A stretch of DNA of 63,996 nt, counting the filler, from Aduncisulcus paluster (Eukaryota): NCBI GenBank assembly GCA_024181965.1. It is 7 parts of 7 records of this genome, joined end to end, with 100 filler letters (N's around TTAATTAATTAA, not from the genome) between each part and the next. Parts side by side here need not be neighbours in the genome. Positions count along the whole stretch, not along the records: positions 1 to 17,562 come from BQXS01012451.1; positions 17,663 to 40,883 come from BQXS01012452.1; 5 more parts are not named here. One strand, written 5' to 3'. Positions 12,885-23,626 of the stretch are shown piece after piece (the first letter of the stretch is position 1; each line of letters opens with the position of its first letter). The position numbers and the translations under genes are program-made. Below the pieces are notes generated by a model, which saw only the letters and a list, made by a program, of their open reading frames with translations, was not told the origin of the DNA and ran no database searches.

Positions 12885-13460
12885 ATGGGAAATTCTGAAT
12901 CTGCCCCAGTTCTTTCAAAGAAGGATATTAAAGACTTGATGGGCTATACTCCATTTGGCGAACAGGAAATTAAGAATCTCTTCGATTCCTTTACTCGCTT
13001 CGCCAAATTCGATGCTGATGCAAAGGAATATGTCATGAGCTTATCTGTCTTTAAAGAAGTCATGGGTTTGGATGATGGTCCATTGTCTACCCGAGTCTTT
13101 TCCGTTTTGGACGCTGATAAGTCTGGAGCCTTAGATTTCCGTGAATATGCAATTGGTGTTGGATTTTTCCGTCAAGGTGGTTCCCAAATGGATAAATTGA
13201 AGTTTGCTTTCCGCATTTTCGACATTGATGGCGATGGAACCATCGAAAGGAGTGAATTAGGTGAGCTTGTTGCCGCCAGTGCCATGCAACATGGTGTTAA
13301 GATGAAGCCAAAGGCTGTTGAGGAAGCTGTTGATGCTTTCTTCAGTTTATCCGACGGTGATGGCGATGGGGGAATTACTTTTGCTGAATTCCAGAAACTC
13401 AATGCCAAACACCCCGAGATTTTAGAAGCTCTCTCTGTTGTTCCTGAAGCTAAGAAATAA
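12885..13460 (+). CDS. Calcineurin B-like EF-hand protein
   Basis: MGNSES myristoylation motif; EF loops DADKSGALDFRE, DIDGDGTIERSE and DGDGDGGITFAE; KLKFAFRIFD. Confidence 0.88.
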   Translation: MGNSESAPVLSKKDIKDLMGYTPFGEQEIKNLFDSFTRFAKFDADAKEYVMSLSVFKEVMGLDDGPLSTRVFSVLDADKSGALDFREYAIGVGFFRQGGSQMDKLKFAFRIFDIDGDGTIERSELGELVAASAMQHGVKMKPKAVEEAVDAFFSLSDGDGDGGITFAEFQKLNAKHPEILEALSVVPEAKK

Positions 13461-15164
13461 TGAGCAACTATTGCAGGTTTTTTATTGTGTCTTCTCATTA
13501 TTCTATTAGTTTTTGTTCTTAGCCTGTCAGTTCGGTCTAATATTTATTTTTGCATCGTTCTTTTTGACCAATGTGTACTATGTACTATTATTGCAAGGGT
13601 AATGTTGTTTTGATTCTCCTTTAGTAAAGTCGTCATGTTTTCAGGGAAATTAATTCTCCCAGTGGTTGATTTAACAAACCTTACTCCTCAAAGATATTTT
13701 AAATATATTATTGGTCTTATTTGTGAAATATATTATTCGAAAAATGCCATAAAATTGGACTCAGATGGTAAGAATGTAGGTTTTATCAAAAGTTCGCTGT
13801 AATTCGTTATTGACACCAACAATCTGGTGAAATATAAATGAGAACAGATTTCATTCTGCTTTATAAATATATTCATGACCATCTATCAAGGAAGATTATC
13901 TTAATGCAACTTGTAAGTTTTGGTTTCATGAAAGTCTTGATTTGCCCGGTAAGATTTGAAATGAATTCTTTAATTTATCTAAAATGAAACTTAATTTATG
14001 AGTTCCATTGAAAAAATAGAAACATGTCTTCTGTAATATCATAAACAGAGCTGATGTGATAGTTCTCTTTTCTTCAAGAAGTTCTTTGCCTTCTATAGAT
14101 CTTCTTCTTTTTCACCCACAAGTAATGGTAATAATGATGACAAAACTAGCACAAAACTAACACAAAACTAGCACAATATAGCCATGAATCTATCGAATGG
14201 CAGAACCAGAAATGCTCCAGACTAAGACAAAAAAGGTATTGAATTGAATATAACCGAAGAATTGAATGCTGTGTCAAAACACATTGTTGCAATATTTTCC
14301 CATACATTATTTATTTATTTTTATTTAAATCCCTGGTCCATTCTTGGAGTTCAGCTGAAACTAAACCTTTGTCACAATCAAGACGGTCTTGAAACTAATC
14401 ACTTTGATCTATCCTGTTCTACTTGACAATTCTAATATTATCATGGTATTATCGACTCAACTACATTTATTATGAACAATAAGTCTATTCTTGTCCAGCA
14501 AAAAAGACACGTAATATTACAATTATAATTCTCCAACTTATCATGCTCTATTCTCAAAGAATGATCAATATCCTCTCCAATTGTCTTAGTTGAAGGTTTA
14601 AAGTAGACTAATGTGCCCAACAAAATGTGTGAAAGTGGGCAATAATGCTGTCATTTTTCTGAGTTGATATGATAGTTTTGTAATTATTGGCCTTTCTCCT
14701 TCACCTTCTTAATCTTCTTCATTTCGCCGAAAGAATAATTGTTAATAAGAACCAACAATAGCAAGAAGAGATCATCTCCACGGTGTCGTCTGTGCTGGAT
14801 ATGCTATGTGTGTACATTGCCATAGTCTGTGAATTCCATGAAGCATTGTGTTTGTGTGTGCTGCGTGTTTATGAGCTTATGGGCTACCTTTCCAGTGTTT
14901 GTGAGGTTGAGAATAGTGAGGTTGAGATGGCAAGAATTGGGAAAGAGATGGATGTGTTGAAGAGACTGTTGAAGAAAAGCAAGTTGAAAATGTAAGAAAC
15001 TCACTAAATAGAGACATTTGGACCCATGAAGAAAGGTTATCTTCATATAGTGTCTGAGAAGAAACCTTCAAGAGAGACTTTCCCGCTTTTTTGAAGAAAT
15101 GATCATAACCAAGGGAGAGAGATTAACGATTTTATTCTAGAAAAGGGAGAAATTTATCAATTAT

Positions 15165-15920
15165 ATGGTTTTAATTTGTCGAAGTATTGGTTTTTGTGTT
15201 TTGATCTTTCTCCTTTGGTTGTTCTATCTTTCTCTTCACCAGCAGATTCCCGATGATAATAATTTGTGCGTTTGCCTGTGTTCTCAGCTCGGCGAAGAAT
15301 CAAGTTGCCAGCCTGAAATGGACCAATTGAAAATTTGTTGGAAAGAAAATATGATTCTTCACCACTATATATCTCGATGGTAACCCTCTCCAAGGTGTAG
15401 ATCCTCTTACGTGCTGAAAGATTAGATTCTGAAGGATTAGATTCAGTCAGAGATTCAAGAAATAAGCATTGGTTCAACGGATGCTGAGTTCGATCTTTCT
15501 CCTCTCTCGGCAATACTCGGTTTTTTGAGTCTTGAATTAATTGGCTCAATCCCAAATTAATTGATATATCGTCCCTCCTTGAGATATTCACCAATACCAA
15601 ATCCTCAAAGTTGATTGATTCTTGAAGCAATTGAAGATATTGACCTCTCTATTTTGCTTGATTGTTTCACCCAAGAGATTGAATTAGTCAATATGGATAT
15701 TGATCCATGATGGATATTAGTAATGAATCTATCATTGACATAACATAATCGAACAACTTTCAACTTACTCATCTTAAATATTGGAATTGTTCTTTCAGAG
15801 ATGCAAGAATTACCTTAGCCAGTTCTCATCCAGAATCGAAGCAGTCATTAAATCTGACTCACTCTTTGTGATCTTGATGATATTGCAGATCTTTCTTCGA
15901 TTACAAATGCAGACTTATAT
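15165..15920 (+). pseudogene. Degenerate LRR surface-protein remnant
   Basis: A signal-peptide-like start and Cys cap (IPDDNNLCVCLCSQLG) are followed by LRR-like fragments (e.g. DLDDIADLSSITN) broken by stops and frameshifts. Confidence 0.35.
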
Positions 15921-16039
15921 TCCCCTTTACCATCATCTCCACGAATTCTTCTAGTTCAATGCAATGTGGCGAAGAAGGAGCAGAAATGAAAGAGAGGGAG
16001 ATGTTGATCAAATCATATGATATTATGATATTATTGTGT

Positions 16040-17562
16040 TTACTTTGATTTATATTTACAATTATCAACAAACCTTTGATAATCGTGATCAAAAATTGTA
16101 CAAATTGCCTTTTCTTCTTCTTTTTCTTTTGAATCCTTTGATTTAACTTTAATGAGGTCAAGAAATTCATCATCGGCTTCGATTAGCTTTAATCTCAATA
16201 AATCCTCAATTCTTCCATTCTCATTGCACCATTTCATGGCTGAATCAAACCTAGGAGATATTTGAGGAATAAGAGATGGAACAGAAGAGAACATGGAGAT
16301 GAGTCTGGACAATATAGGAATACCATATCCTGCTCTCTTGGATTGGATAGCTTTAAACCAACCTTCGAGAAGAGATTTAATGTTATCGAAGACTTCAACA
16401 GCATGTAATGGATCACAACATAGGTTGGCTAAGAAGAATAGAACCCATTCATGATAATCCCCAACAATCCTATTCCCAACAAACTCTCTCTTAACAACAT
16501 CAAGAACAGGGTGGAAGAGAGGCCAAGCTTCAGAACAGAGGGATTTGTTGGTGGTTGAATTGTCACTTGAGAGGGTGATATGTGATAGAATAACCATCCA
16601 ACTTCCATAACACTTACTATCATTGTATATCCTCAACCAATCTCTGATATATGGTTTGATGAGGGTGAGAATAGAGGATCGAGTGGAAGAAGAGGGAGAA
16701 TTAGAGATGTTTCTGAGAGTCATTAATAAACGTAGAGCAACACCACCTTCCAACTTCCCCTTACTTCCTCTCTCAAGAATACGTTGGAAAGTGGGGGAGA
16801 TCTTTGGAAGGAAGGAATCCAATTTATCGTGAACTTTGAAAGTATAAATCACACAAATCCAACAATACTCTCCATCAACATCTCCTTCCAACACTTCCTT
16901 ACATCTTGATAGATGATCAATGAAAGTGTCAATGAGATCATTCAGATCAGGAATAGGGAGATAGATCTCATTTCCAGAAATATCATGTCTAACAAACAAT
17001 TGTAAACACTGAACACAAAGAACTATCTCTCTTTTGTGCTCTTCAATCTCACTCTTTGATTGGAATGGAAGGAAGACAGAGAGAATCTCATCTCGATGTT
17101 TATGGTAGAGTTTGGAAGTTGATTCTGAGTCAGGGGATTTGTTGATAGATTCAACCAATTCTGACCATTTCTTCAGAGAAGGATAGCAGTTAACAAGATA
17201 TCTTGAATAATCTTCACCCCAACCCCCATTATTCTTACACCATTCCATGTTGGTATCATATTTGGGATATATGTGAGGAACAAGAGATGGAACACTGGAG
17301 AACATGGAAATGAGAGCGGACCAGTATTTAATTCCCCAATTACCATCATCTTTCCCTGCTTCACTCTTCTTCTTTATCATCTCAAACCAACCATCAAGAA
17401 GACCATCTTTAATACAATCATGCACTTCAACAGCTTGGGAAGGAATACAACTAAAGTTAGCAAAGAACCGAAAACAACGAATGACAGCATCATCAAATGT
17501 AATACCTTTGGAAGCAGTATCCTTAATCACATCCAAGACAGGATGGAAGACAAACCAGAGTT
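16040..17562 (-). CDS. Lineage-specific helical (ARM/HEAT-like) ~340-aa repeat protein, 3' part
   Basis: Same repeat as 41-45.7 kb (LPIPDLNDLIDTFIDHLSRC, LIKPYIRDWLRIYND, YPSLKKW); truncated by the linker. Confidence 0.8.
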
Positions 17563-17662
17563 NNNNNNNNNNNNNNNNNNNNNNNNNNNNNNNNNNNNNN
17601 NNNNNNTTAATTAATTAANNNNNNNNNNNNNNNNNNNNNNNNNNNNNNNNNNNNNNNNNNNN
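17563..17662. other. Artificial scaffold linker (N-TTAATTAATTAA-N); also at 40884-40983, 45667-45766, 55633-55732, 58274-58373 and 60061-60160
   Basis: Identical 100-bp N-padded six-frame-stop linker occurs six times. Confidence 0.97.
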
Positions 17663-18204
17663 GGTGGAATAAGAATTCCATAATGTCCTTTGTAATCTAG
17701 GAACGTTTTGGATTTCTCTGTCGAGTCTAGGACGAGAATTATTGATCTTGGACCATAATTATAAGAGGTAAAAATAACCATAGTTGGAGAAAATACAGCT
17801 ATTTGGATAATATTAATACCTTCAACTGTAGCAGCAGCATGGATCTCTCTCTCTCCACAATATCCTTTCTCAATTCTTTCCTGAATGTAGGAAATAGGTA
17901 TTGTACTGTCTGACATTCGTAAATTTCTTAAATGTAGAGCTTGTCTCTTCTTCATAAAAGAAATTGTTTCAATCGACGGATTTAGAGCTTCAGTTTCCGT
18001 AATAATACCTAAAGAGAAGAATATTGCGTAGTATGCACATAAACAATTGGCCGGTGAGACAGATAAAACATCACATTCCTGAAGGAATGTGAATTGGTTT
18101 CGCCAACCGTCAAAAGACGGGTTTTCTAGATATTTTCTGAAAGAAAATAACTTATCAGCACTTTTTGTTGAGGTAATGTGTGGCGGTTGGTATGATTTTT
18201 TCAT
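17663..18204 (-). CDS. OTU-like cysteine protease (deubiquitinase fold)
   Basis: Cys-loop-like VSPANCLCAYYAIFFSLG, variable loop YCGEREIHAAATVEGINIIQI (cf. WGGxxEI), and His loop GHYGILIP. Confidence 0.7.
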
Positions 18205-18422
18205 TTATGAGGTCAATATAGTTAAAATGAAAACTTTATTGTTTTGCAGGGTTACATTTTTGAAAATAGTAAAATATTTTGGCTTATTAGAGCTAATATG
18301 AATAATATTATTGCTTGGCGGATGGGTTTATTCATTGGATAAAATGTTTTTTTTTTTTTTTACATGTCGGGTCCGACAAACAAGTTGTCGGCCAGCCGAC
18401 ATGTCGGGTTTCCAATTCTGCC
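17663..18422 (-). mobile_element. Putative DNA transposon end, copy 1, carrying an OTU-like gene
   Basis: 17971-18422 is identical to 19398-19846 except for poly-T length (15 vs 12). Identity stops sharply at ...CCAATTCTGCC. Clustered CCGAC/GTCGG subterminal motifs lie in both orientations. Confidence 0.7.
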
Positions 18423-18646
18423 TATTTATTCTCGACTGTATTCCTGGGGAAGTTCCTCAGTTTTCGAAAAATGAGGGATCAAATTTGAAATGAAGTTTAT
18501 TTAAAGTTAGTAAATCCAATTCAACAAAGAAAAAACTTGATATGAATCAACAAGGACTTTCCAATGAGGTCCCCTCTCATAATGAGTTTCAAGGATATCC
18601 CTCAAAGGAGACCAAGATCGGCATTTACAGTGTAAATTTTACACAT

Positions 18647-19377
18647 TCATTTAACTTTTTCTGCAAATGCCCTGTAATCTGCTTCTAATTGTCTGAGTTT
18701 CATCAATCCATCCCATACATCATCTCTTGTAACTCTCCACTTCTCATAATGCGCCATATAAGCGCCAACCTTTAATTTCTCCTCACAAGATGATAGAAGA
18801 GGTTTCAAAAGATCAAGGGAATGCGGAGACGTTACCACAGAAGCAATTGATAGAGGATAACCTGAAATACCTATTTCATTATATCGAACAGATACATGTG
18901 ATTGTCTTACAAGTGGAAACTTATACATCGAGGCTTCCAACTCATCCGAAGCAATAAGAGAGTGAGAAGAGAGAATGCCGGAAAAAGGAATAGCATTGGC
19001 TGAATAATACGAACCTTTTCTTTCCAACATTGTGGAATATTTTGGAGATTTAAATTCTGAGAATGGAAGGAATGGGTTAGCATGTCCCCCAACGATTGGA
19101 GAAGAATGAGGAGCAATTGGGATTTCACTTGTCATTATATGTGGTTCCTTGCATTGGTAGAGTTTAACAAACTCCTCTTTTGCCCCTTTCCCACGAAATA
19201 CTGAAAACATGGAATAGGCTTTGAATTTATCCAATGAACGCATTCCCTCATCCACATCTGACCCGGAAAGAGCCATTCTCATGTGCGTGGAAAGCAGGGA
19301 ACTCCAATTTTCAGGAGCTGTTCCTCGATGATCAAAATGGTGTTGAGGGAGGGCAAAAGCATGGGAGATTTTAAGAA
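18647..19377 (-). CDS. TUBD1: Delta-tubulin, C-terminal half (frame open up to the gap)
   Basis: WSSLLSTHMRMALSGSDVDEGM (cf. WAGLLKHLRQMLISNAKMEEGI), VFRGKG, and GAYMAHYEKWRVTRDDVWDGLMKLRQLEADY match the delta-tubulin C-terminus as recalled. Confidence 0.7.
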
Positions 19378-19397
19378 NNNNNNNNNNNNNNNNNNNN

Positions 19398-19846
19398 AAT
19401 CGACGGATTTAGAGCTTCAGTTTCCGTAATAATACCTAAAGAGAAGAATATTGCGTAGTATGCACATAAACAATTGGCCGGTGAGACAGATAAAACATCA
19501 CATTCCTGAAGGAATGTGAATTGGTTTCGCCAACCGTCAAAAGACGGGTTTTCTAGATATTTTCTGAAAGAAAATAACTTATCAGCACTTTTTGTTGAGG
19601 TAATGTGTGGCGGTTGGTATGATTTTTTCATTTATGAGGTCAATATAGTTAAAATGAAAACTTTATTGTTTTGCAGGGTTACATTTTTGAAAATAGTAAA
19701 ATATTTTGGCTTATTAGAGCTAATATGAATAATATTATTGCTTGGCGGATGGGTTTATTCATTGGATAAAATGTTTTTTTTTTTTACATGTCGGGTCCGA
19801 CAAACAAGTTGTCGGCCAGCCGACATGTCGGGTTTCCAATTCTGCC
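19398..19846 (-). mobile_element. Putative DNA transposon end, copy 2
   Basis: Same sequence as copy 1 but with a different outer flank (AAATATG vs TATTTAT). Confidence 0.7.
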
Positions 19847-20199
19847 AAATATGAAAGTGGGCAATTCATGATGAAAAAGATATAGGGCAAAAAAAAAGCA
19901 GAAAAAATGAGGCAAAAAGGAATTAAAATAAATTACTAACAAAAATACATCAATTGAGTTGATGATCATTGATTATATTCTTTTCTACGTCTTTTCTATG
20001 TCGAAAAGGGGATTAAAGAATTTATTTTCATCATTTATTGCCAAAACAATATTGAATTTAAATGATGTTATGCTGAGGAAACGATATATAGCGAAGAATT
20101 AGAAGGATTTGGCTATAACATCAAAATATGAAAAAAAAGATTGAGGATAGAGATGGATAACAGATTGATAAGTGTTATAATGACAAATACCCATCATAA

Positions 20200-20997
20200 T
20201 TACACAAGTTCTTCACCCATGTTGTATTCATCAGCAACAGTACCAGGAGCATCAGCCTGGGGTTCGTATCCGCCAATTGGGGCGGGTTGACCTTGGAATT
20301 GAGGGTTTGAATCAGGGTCTGCCTGTCTCCACATCAAAATGATCATAATGATGGTGTAAGGGAAAGTAGTGGCGAAGACAAGAGGGAGGAAGAGGATGTA
20401 GTAGAACACTCTTCCAGCAGCTCCAGCAGAAGGAATATAACGGAGACAGATGGCAGGAATGGCAACAATGACATTAACAGCACCAAGGATAATTCCGTGA
20501 ATGAGCATCTGGATCCAATTGCTGTGGGCAGCTCCAATTCTCCAGCCTTGTTTAAGAGACTCTTCAAAACCTTCTCCGCGCTCAAGGTGAATCAAAATAG
20601 AACAGCAGAGCATGAGAATTGAAACAGTAAGTAACCAGGGCATCAAAACAGAGAGGATGACACCGAATACAATAAGTACAAGGAATTGGCTTCCAAGTTC
20701 ACCAATAGAATCCCAGATATGAGTGTTTTTACCTCTTAAAACAAGGTTAGACAAGCTGTGGAACACAGACATAATCATGGGCATATTCAAAAAGATAACA
20801 AAGATCAAAGCCCAGATCCATCTCCATCCGGTACTACGAATTTCAAAGAATGCCGAAATGATATCAATGAAAACAGCGTACTCAAGGCCGAGAAGCATGA
20901 CATGGGTCCAGTTTTCTTTGAAAATACGGAAAGCCTCGCCGTAAAGAGCACCAAACTTGATGGGATTATAACTTTTTTGAGGAATTGGCATAGACAT
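20200..20997 (-). CDS. Multi-pass membrane protein of unknown function
   Basis: Five to six hydrophobic helices and a Pro/Gln-rich tail; likely start MSMPIPQK at 20997. Confidence 0.75.
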   Translation of the reverse strand: MSMPIPQKSYNPIKFGALYGEAFRIFKENWTHVMLLGLEYAVFIDIISAFFEIRSTGWRWIWALIFVIFLNMPMIMSVFHSLSNLVLRGKNTHIWDSIGELGSQFLVLIVFGVILSVLMPWLLTVSILMLCCSILIHLERGEGFEESLKQGWRIGAAHSNWIQMLIHGIILGAVNVIVAIPAICLRYIPSAGAAGRVFYYILFLPLVFATTFPYTIIMIILMWRQADPDSNPQFQGQPAPIGGYEPQADAPGTVADEYNMGEELV

Positions 20998-21660
20998 AGT
21001 AAATTTCTTATTTGTCGTTGGCAAATCTGTTCGTTTTCTTTTACGCGAACAGTTGGCTTCCATCAACGAGACACAAACGCAATTTATTTTTAAAATGGAC
21101 TAAAAACAATTCAAATAAATTTATTTTACAACAATTAACTTTCTCATCGGATTTCCCGGTGTCAGAGACGGTTTCGCACGAATCTTAGTACAAAAAATTG
21201 GTAGACTCGGTCGAATTCACCAAAATAATATTAATGCAATTTCAGCTTGGAATATGATTTTCATAACAAATCAATTTTACGAAGAAAGAATGCAAAACGA
21301 GATTGCCAATCTGGCAGTGGCTTCTTCTCAATAGATTTGGGGAAGAATAATATATTATCATGAATTGTCTATCAAATTGCATTAATTTTTGTCGCTCTAT
21401 TGAATACATTCTCCCCTTTTCAAAGAATAGCTTTGAAAGCCTTGCGAAATCTGCTTTCGGACACTTTGTGGTTGGAGAATATATTGATATTCCTGGAGAT
21501 GTGTTGTACTCACCCCTGATAAGAATTGTTTTACTTTTAAAGTGTCGTCAAAGCTCCGAAAAAACAAATTACAGCGATTTCAACACGGGTTAGATCTACT
21601 TGACAGATAAAATAACACTTATTAGTGAAATATCTCTTATAATAATTGATTGTAACTTCA

Positions 21661-22179
21661 TTAGACTTTCTTTCTGACGAGACAATTCTTCTTTATCCAT
21701 GTGATCTCTTCCTTGTCTGGAGTACGAATAACTGTATCTGATTCTATTGAGTGTATTTTCCCGGTTATTGGCTTATAGCAGCATCCTCCACCAACATAAT
21801 ATGATCCAACAGGCACATCAGGGAGAAAAGGCTTCACATTAACTCCCTTTTGGATCAATTCTGAATGAACACGACGATCTCCATCTTCACGACAATATTT
21901 CCATTCTTTAGGGGCATGAACAAGACCATCACTAAAAATAAATTCTCCTTTGCGTAATTCTCCTTCTTCCCAGGTTCCAATAAACACACCACGCTCTTCA
22001 TATTCTAGCCTACCTTCCCCATGATATTTTCCGTATTTGAATGATCCTTTATACACCTCACCTGTTGGACAATGTAATTCTCCTTTTCCATGAGGCTCCC
22101 CATGAAGAGTTTCTCCTTCATAACGACCAATATCTAAGTCAAGAGCTTTTTGGCATATGGCTTCTGCAATTTTTTCCAT
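21661..22179 (-). CDS. MORN5: MORN repeat-containing protein 5
   Basis: Three MORN repeats, then FSDGLVH..EWKYC...DRR and RTPDKEEITWIKKNC, as in MORN5. Confidence 0.85.
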   Translation of the reverse strand: MEKIAEAICQKALDLDIGRYEGETLHGEPHGKGELHCPTGEVYKGSFKYGKYHGEGRLEYEERGVFIGTWEEGELRKGEFIFSDGLVHAPKEWKYCREDGDRRVHSELIQKGVNVKPFLPDVPVGSYYVGGGCCYKPITGKIHSIESDTVIRTPDKEEITWIKKNCLVRKKV

Positions 22180-22723
22180 ATTTATCGATTATTGTTTTAA
22201 ATATTCTATGAAAGTAATAAAATTAATTGTAAAATAACTTGAATCTCTTGCAATGTTAGCAAAATCCATATTTTTTTTCATTTTGCAGTTTTGATTGCAA
22301 AATAGCTATATTATAAAATAATTTATTTGTAACTTTTAAAAAAATTAAATGGAAGACTTAAAAAAGCCACCTAAACTGTTTTCAAGGAGAAGAAAACCTG
22401 TTTTGCAATTGAAAGTTTTTGCTGCTGGGTATGNNNNNNNNNNNNNNNNNNNNTCTCCTTTTCCATGAGGCTCCCCATGAAGAGTTTCTCCTTCATAACG
22501 ACCAATATCTAAGTCAAGAGCTTTTTGGCATATGGCTTCTGCAATTTTTTCCATATTTATCGATTATTGTTTTAAATATTCTATGAAAGTAATAAAATTA
22601 ATTGTAAAATAACTTGAATCTCTTGCAATGTTAGCAAAATCCATATTTTTTTTCATTTTGCAGTTTTGATTGCAAAATAGCTATATTATAAAATAATTTA
22701 TTTGTAACTTTTAAAAAAATTAA

Positions 22724-23381
22724 ATGGAAGACTTAAAAAAGCCACCTAAACTGTTTTCAAGGAGAAGAAAACCTGTTTTGCAATTGAAAGTTTTTGCTGC
22801 TGGGTATGTAACAATTATTCATCATTTTTTGGAGTGTTTAAAATTTAATTTATTAATTAATTATATTTTTTGACATTGGAATGATTTGAAACTTTAGAGA
22901 TAGCCGAGTAGGGAAAAGTTGTCTCATTAAAAGATATTGTGAAAAGAAGTTTGAAGACAAATATATTGCAACTATTGGCATTGATTATGGTGTTAAAACG
23001 GTTGAGATAGGTAAGCATACTGTGAAGATTAATCTGTGGGATTCTGCTGGTCATGCGGCATATATTGATATCCGTAATGAATTTTATCGAGATACTCAAG
23101 GATTAATATTGGTATTTGATTTATCAAAGAAATCTACTCTTTCATCATGTGAGACTTGGTTTCAAGAAGCCATGTCCAATGGTTTTGATCCTTCTCGTGG
23201 TGTCGTTGTAATCATGGGAAACAAATCTGATCAACCAAGAGCCGTCAGTGAAGAAGAGGGGAGAAAAATGGCAAAAAAATATAATGCTGCGTATTTTGAA
23301 GTTAGTGCCCAATCTGGACATGGTGTGGAAGCTTCCTTTAACAAATTGTTCACTGCTTTGTATAAAAAATATGCCCAATAG
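22724..23381 (+). CDS. RJL: RJL-family small GTPase without J domain, two exons (22724-22803, 22898-23381)
   Basis: Spliced G|DSRVGKSCLIKRYCEKKFEDKYIATIGIDYGVK, WDSAGH (His in place of the catalytic Gln), IRNEFYRDTQG, NKSD and SAQ; no C-terminal prenylation Cys. Confidence 0.88.
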
Positions 23382-23626
23382 TTCAATATTTAATGAGATT
23401 CGATTATATCCGAATACTTAAGTCCATCTGACATCAACAAAATCGAATTGTTGTTCTAGGCAGATGTACAGTATAAAAATAAATACTTATAATGCTTTGA
23501 TTGGTTTTATTTAGCATAGATTGAATTTAAAGGGGAAATTTATATTTTTAATAACAATCAAACTATTTAATTATTTTTTTACATTTGGCCACGATCATCG
23601 GTATAAAGAACAAAAGGGCCGCAGCA

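Noticed and set aside
13600..15160. Short ORFs and an 11-bp repeat (ACAAAACTAGC-like x3, ~14140-14176)
   Set aside because: No recognisable motifs; probably decayed sequence.
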